Below are positions 59,907 through 64,000 of a DNA stretch of 64,000 bases, piece by piece. Source of the DNA: Gammaproteobacteria bacterium (GTDB taxonomy: Bacteria; Pseudomonadota; Gammaproteobacteria; Eutrophobiales; Eutrophobiaceae); NCBI GenBank assembly GCA_965243205.1, contig CBDEUK010000002.1, forward strand, positions 1,472,001-1,536,000. The letters run 5' to 3'. Made by a program: the position numbers and the translations under genes. The notes under the pieces are model-generated. The model was not told where the DNA came from and did not search any database. It saw nothing but the letters and a program-made list of their open reading frames with translations. Each line of letters begins with the position of its first letter. Position 1 is the first letter of the stretch.

Positions 59907-62111
59907 ATGTCTAAAACGATATTGCAGGTCGCAATCCCTTCTCCATTAAGAAAGACGTTTGACTATCTACCGTTAAATCAAAGCAATTTAAATGATCTAA
60001 AACCAGGTGTTCGATTAGAAGTATCATTTGGCAAACAAAAAAAAACCATCGGTTTTTTAATTGCTGTAACCCATGAAAGTTCGTTACCTCTAAATAAATT
60101 AAAAAAAATCATTTCAGTTATTGATCACGAACCCTTATTAACAAAAAAACAATTAAGTTTTATACATTGGGCAAGTCATTATTATCAACACCCAATTGGT
60201 GATGTTATTTTTTCTGCTTTACCTAATTTATTAAAACAAGGCAAAAAACTCAGTTATCCTGAAGAAACTTTTTACGAAGTTAATCAAAAAACATTAAAAG
60301 AAACAAAAATTAAATCAGAAACGAAACAAAAAAAATTATTAGATATATTCTTGTCACAAGAATCTTCAGTAACTTTTAATATAGTCAAAGAATGGGATGA
60401 ATATTCGCCTTATGTCTTAAAAGCGTTAATCGAAAAATCTGTCATACAAAAAAAATCAAAACAACTGAAACCCAAAAATAATTTTTTATCTCAAGATGTA
60501 TCTATAGAAAAACCTACTCCTGAACAACAAACGGCAATTGATAATGTTTTAAACAATATCAATTCATTTCATTCCTATTTACTCAATGGCATTACCGGTA
60601 GTGGTAAAACTCTGGTTTATTTACATTTATGTAATGCAGTGATAACCAAAAACAAACAAGCATTAATTTTGTTACCGGAAATTACATTGACGCCTCAGTT
60701 TATTCAACGATTTGAATCTGCACTCAATATAAGTATTTGTGTTTACCACTCTGGTTTAACAGATCAAGAACGATTAAATACTTGGATGCAATGTCGAGAT
60801 GGTACAGCGTCGATTGTAATTGGCACTCGGTCTGCAGTTTGGTTACCTTTGAAATCTCCCGGTTTAATCGTCATTGATGAAGAACATGATCTTTCTTACA
60901 AACAACAAGAAGGCTTTCGATATTCTGCACGTGATGTCGCTGTTTACCGAGCAAACCAAGAAAATATACCTATCATTCTCGGTTCCGCAACGCCATCGAT
61001 GGAATCTTTAAATAATGTAACAAAATCTTCGTATCAAGAATTACGATTGAATCAACGCATCGGCTCTGCTGTTTTGCCAACCTTTAATATTGTCGATCTT
61101 AAAAATTCTAAAATGCATGGTGCTTTGTCAGAAACATTAATTCAAAAAATTCGTTCAACAATACAAACAAACTTACAAGTTTTATTATTCATTAACCAAC
61201 GTGGCTTCGCTCCTGCCGTACTTTGCCATCACTGTGGATCTGTAAAATTGTGCCAACGCTGTGAACGACCGATGATTTATCATAAACAACGTCATTTGTT
61301 TTGGTGTCATCATTGCGATAAGCAACAACCTGACACAACTTCTTGCTCAGATTGCGGACACCTTAGTTGGGTTGAGATGGGTCACGGCACCGAACGCATA
61401 GAAAATGATATTGCTGAACTATTTCCAGACGCAAACATCGTTAGAATTGATCGAGACACCACTCGTAAAAAAGGATCGCTACAACAATATTTAAAACAAA
61501 TTCAAAATAGTGATGCGAACATTTTAATAGGCACTCAAATGCTTGCTAAAGGCCATGATTTTCCTAAGCTTTCATTGGTAGGTATTGTTGATATGGATAG
61601 CGGCCTTTATAGCACCGATTTTCGTGCCAGTGAACGCATGGCTCAATTAATGACTCAAGTCAGCGGTAGAGCTGGTAGAGCAAATTCTCCTGGAGAAGTC
61701 ATTCTACAAACTCATCATCCTGATCACCCATTATTAAACTGTTTAATCAATCAAGGCTATAACGCATTTTCTAAATTAGTTCTAAATGAACGTAAAGAAG
61801 CTAATTTCCCGCCGTTTTCATATCATGCGTTATTACGTGCAGAGGCGGTTGATCAACGAACATTATTAGATTTTTTAACCGCTGCCAAAAAGACTTGCCT
61901 AAACCTTAATCATTCCGTCTCATTATTTGGACCATTTCCTTCTGCCATGCCTAAAAAAGCTGGCAAACATCGAATGCATTTACTATTAGAATCCTCTTCC
62001 AGATCAGCATTAGCAAAAACACTTACACCTTGGTTAGACTCAATAGAAACATTAAAACTATCGAGAAAAGTTCGATGGAATCTGGATGTTGATCCACAAG
62101 ACATGATTTAA
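59907..62111 (+). CDS. priA: Primosomal protein N'
   Basis: GITGSGKT, DEEHD, GSATPS, four CxxC, GTQMLAKG, QVSGRAGR. Confidence 0.96.
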   Translation: MSKTILQVAIPSPLRKTFDYLPLNQSNLNDLKPGVRLEVSFGKQKKTIGFLIAVTHESSLPLNKLKKIISVIDHEPLLTKKQLSFIHWASHYYQHPIGDVIFSALPNLLKQGKKLSYPEETFYEVNQKTLKETKIKSETKQKKLLDIFLSQESSVTFNIVKEWDEYSPYVLKALIEKSVIQKKSKQLKPKNNFLSQDVSIEKPTPEQQTAIDNVLNNINSFHSYLLNGITGSGKTLVYLHLCNAVITKNKQALILLPEITLTPQFIQRFESALNISICVYHSGLTDQERLNTWMQCRDGTASIVIGTRSAVWLPLKSPGLIVIDEEHDLSYKQQEGFRYSARDVAVYRANQENIPIILGSATPSMESLNNVTKSSYQELRLNQRIGSAVLPTFNIVDLKNSKMHGALSETLIQKIRSTIQTNLQVLLFINQRGFAPAVLCHHCGSVKLCQRCERPMIYHKQRHLFWCHHCDKQQPDTTSCSDCGHLSWVEMGHGTERIENDIAELFPDANIVRIDRDTTRKKGSLQQYLKQIQNSDANILIGTQMLAKGHDFPKLSLVGIVDMDSGLYSTDFRASERMAQLMTQVSGRAGRANSPGEVILQTHHPDHPLLNCLINQGYNAFSKLVLNERKEANFPPFSYHALLRAEAVDQRTLLDFLTAAKKTCLNLNHSVSLFGPFPSAMPKKAGKHRMHLLLESSSRSALAKTLTPWLDSIETLKLSRKVRWNLDVDPQDMI

Positions 62112-62175
62112 ATAGAACTCTCTATTAGAATAAACATCCTAGATCGTACAATTTACTTTAACGGATTCGACTTCT

Positions 62176-62823
62176 ATGAAATTTCTATCTACATTGCTCG
62201 CTTTATTATCCTTAATAAACTTTACCTCTTGCTATGCAGAAGATGAAAGGAATGTAGGGATCAGTCGTGACATATTCTCTATAGAAGTCACTCATCAGGG
62301 CAAGCCAATCACTATTCAACGTAATCAAGATTCATCCAACACCGTTATTTCAGATTATGCAAAGACTTCACGAAATTGCCCTCCATTTTGTATTCAACCG
62401 ATCAAACTTGCGGAAGGTATCGAAACCATAGGAGAACTTGAATTATTGGAATATTTGAAGGCAATACACGAAGGCAATAAAAACTTTCTAGTAATTGATT
62501 CACGCACACCAAGTTGGGTTAAAAAAGGCACTATCCCTGGTTCTGTGAATATTCCTTGGCCTCTACTAACTCCTGCTGAAGGTGCTGACCCTTTTGAAAT
62601 TGCTGATATTTTAGAGTCTAAATTTAATGCACGAGCAACTGAAGGCTTGTGGAATTTTTCTGATGCAAAAACATTAATCTTATTTTGTAACGGCATGTGG
62701 TGCGGACAATCTCCATCAAACATAAAAAGCCTGCTCAGTTTTGGTTATCCTGCTCACAAATTAAAATGGTATCGAGGCGGCATGCAGAACTGGCATAACC
62801 TAGGCTTAACCACAGTTAAATAA
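62176..62823 (+). CDS. Exported rhodanese-like protein
   Basis: Signal peptide, CPPFC, IDSR, GTIPGSVNIP, FCNGMWC, WYRGGMQ.W. Confidence 0.85.
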   Translation: MKFLSTLLALLSLINFTSCYAEDERNVGISRDIFSIEVTHQGKPITIQRNQDSSNTVISDYAKTSRNCPPFCIQPIKLAEGIETIGELELLEYLKAIHEGNKNFLVIDSRTPSWVKKGTIPGSVNIPWPLLTPAEGADPFEIADILESKFNARATEGLWNFSDAKTLILFCNGMWCGQSPSNIKSLLSFGYPAHKLKWYRGGMQNWHNLGLTTVK

Positions 62824-62886
62824 AGTACAGTTTGATCCATAGGCTACTCGCGATAGAATGAGCGCCTTTTTTCGAGGGTAGCTTCA

Positions 62887-64000
62887 TTGAAACAACGCAT
62901 TGCTGAACTGATACAACAATCTCTGGCCAAGATTCAAACTGAAGAATCGTTAGAATTTGCTGTTCCTGATTCAATTCAAGTTGAAACAACCCGCGACCCT
63001 ACTCATGGTGATTTTGCTAGTAATATAGCGTTAGTTTTGAGTAAACCTGCCAAAACACAACCTAGAAAACTCGCTGAACTAATCTGTAAACACCTTCCAA
63101 AATCTGCAGAAATATCTAAAGTTGAAATCGCTGGTCCTGGTTTTATCAACTTTTTTTTAGAACAGGCCACACAATTTTCTATCATTGAAAAGATACTGAC
63201 GGAAAAAAATACCTTTGGCCAAAGTGATTTTGGAAAGGATAAACCGGTTCTCATTGAATTTGTTTCAGCTAATCCGACAGGACCATTACACGTTGGTCAT
63301 GGTCGTGGGGCAGCTTATGGAGATGTCGTTGCGAATTTACTACAAGCTATCGGCTATAAGATAGATAGAGAATATTATGTCAACGATGCAGGTCGTCAAA
63401 TGGATATTCTTGCAGCAAGTGTTTACTTACGTTATCTAGAATTACATGGCAAACAAATAGAATTTCCAGCTAATGGATATCAAGGCGATTACATCATCGA
63501 CATCGCGCAGAGTTTAAAACAACAGTTTAATGACTCTCTACTTCACGATATTCATATTCCACATGTTAAGGAACCAATAGAGCCAACTGAAGAAGAAAAA
63601 GCTGAATATAAAAGACAACTTGAGATTGCCATGGATGAACTGATTCAATCATGTAAACAAGAGTTAGATTCGAATTATCAAACGATTCATGCGGCTGGTT
63701 TGGATTCAATTTTACAAAATATTCAAGACGACTTAAAAACATTTGGTGTTGAATTTGATCGATGGTATTCAGAACGATCTTTAAGCGATGAAAATAAAAT
63801 TTCTACTGCGTTAAATGTACTTGAGCAAAATAATCATATCTATGAGAAAGAAGGCGCTAAATGGTTTCGTTCAGAAGCCTTAGGCGATGAAAAAGATCGT
63901 GTTGTAGTCAGGGATAATGGAGAAGGAACATATTTCGCTTCTGATATCGCCTATCACTACGATAAACTAAATCGTCGCTATGACAAAATCATCGATATCT
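62887..64000 (+). CDS. argS: Arginine--tRNA ligase (partial, runs off the window; absent from ORF track)
   Basis: Hand translation from TTG: MKQRIAELI...HGDFASN...IAGPGFINF...EFVSANPTGPLHVGHGRG...EYYVNDAGRQ. Confidence 0.95.
   Translation, partial: MKQRIAELIQQSLAKIQTEESLEFAVPDSIQVETTRDPTHGDFASNIALVLSKPAKTQPRKLAELICKHLPKSAEISKVEIAGPGFINFFLEQATQFSIIEKILTEKNTFGQSDFGKDKPVLIEFVSANPTGPLHVGHGRGAAYGDVVANLLQAIGYKIDREYYVNDAGRQMDILAASVYLRYLELHGKQIEFPANGYQGDYIIDIAQSLKQQFNDSLLHDIHIPHVKEPIEPTEEEKAEYKRQLEIAMDELIQSCKQELDSNYQTIHAAGLDSILQNIQDDLKTFGVEFDRWYSERSLSDENKISTALNVLEQNNHIYEKEGAKWFRSEALGDEKDRVVVRDNGEGTYFASDIAYHYDKLNRRYDKIIDI

Noticed and set aside
63003-63254. 83-aa minus-strand ORF
   Set aside because: Antisense shadow of argS, which is clearly encoded on the plus strand
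1-64000. CRISPR array, IS element, prophage or selenoprotein (prompted by yqeC)
   Set aside because: No regularly spaced repeats, transposase, integrase or phage genes seen; msrA and msrB are uninterrupted Cys forms with no in-frame TGA

Overview
AT-rich gammaproteobacterial chromosome segment, inferred from conserved gene orders (yhfA-crp, miaB-ybeZ-ybeY-corC-lnt, mrcA/pilMNOPQ-aroK-aroB-dgt-damX-like, priA-argS). Contents: zur-znuACB with a perfect Zur box; tRNA-Met followed by a nuclease/nhaA/sulP/carbonic anhydrase block; a tungstate ABC operon with an AlgE-type porin and divergent regulator; exported msrB/msrA; a GbsR/CydE-headed cyoABCD operon lacking cyoE but followed by sco, an MFS, an SBP, a chorismate-lyase-like gene and yqeC; and an oversized, divergent gltB followed by a CysJ-like diflavin reductase instead of gltD. 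No integrase, transposase or CRISPR array was seen. The best candidates for undescribed biology are (1) an unannotated 32-aa Cys/aromatic-rich leader peptide with terminator/antiterminator upstream of a hypothetical-msrB-msrA block, (2) the GltB(1806 aa)+CysJ-like pair, and (3) a GGA-rich Csr/Rsm-like sRNA candidate upstream of the carbonic anhydrase. All calls come from motif recognition by eye; no searches were run.
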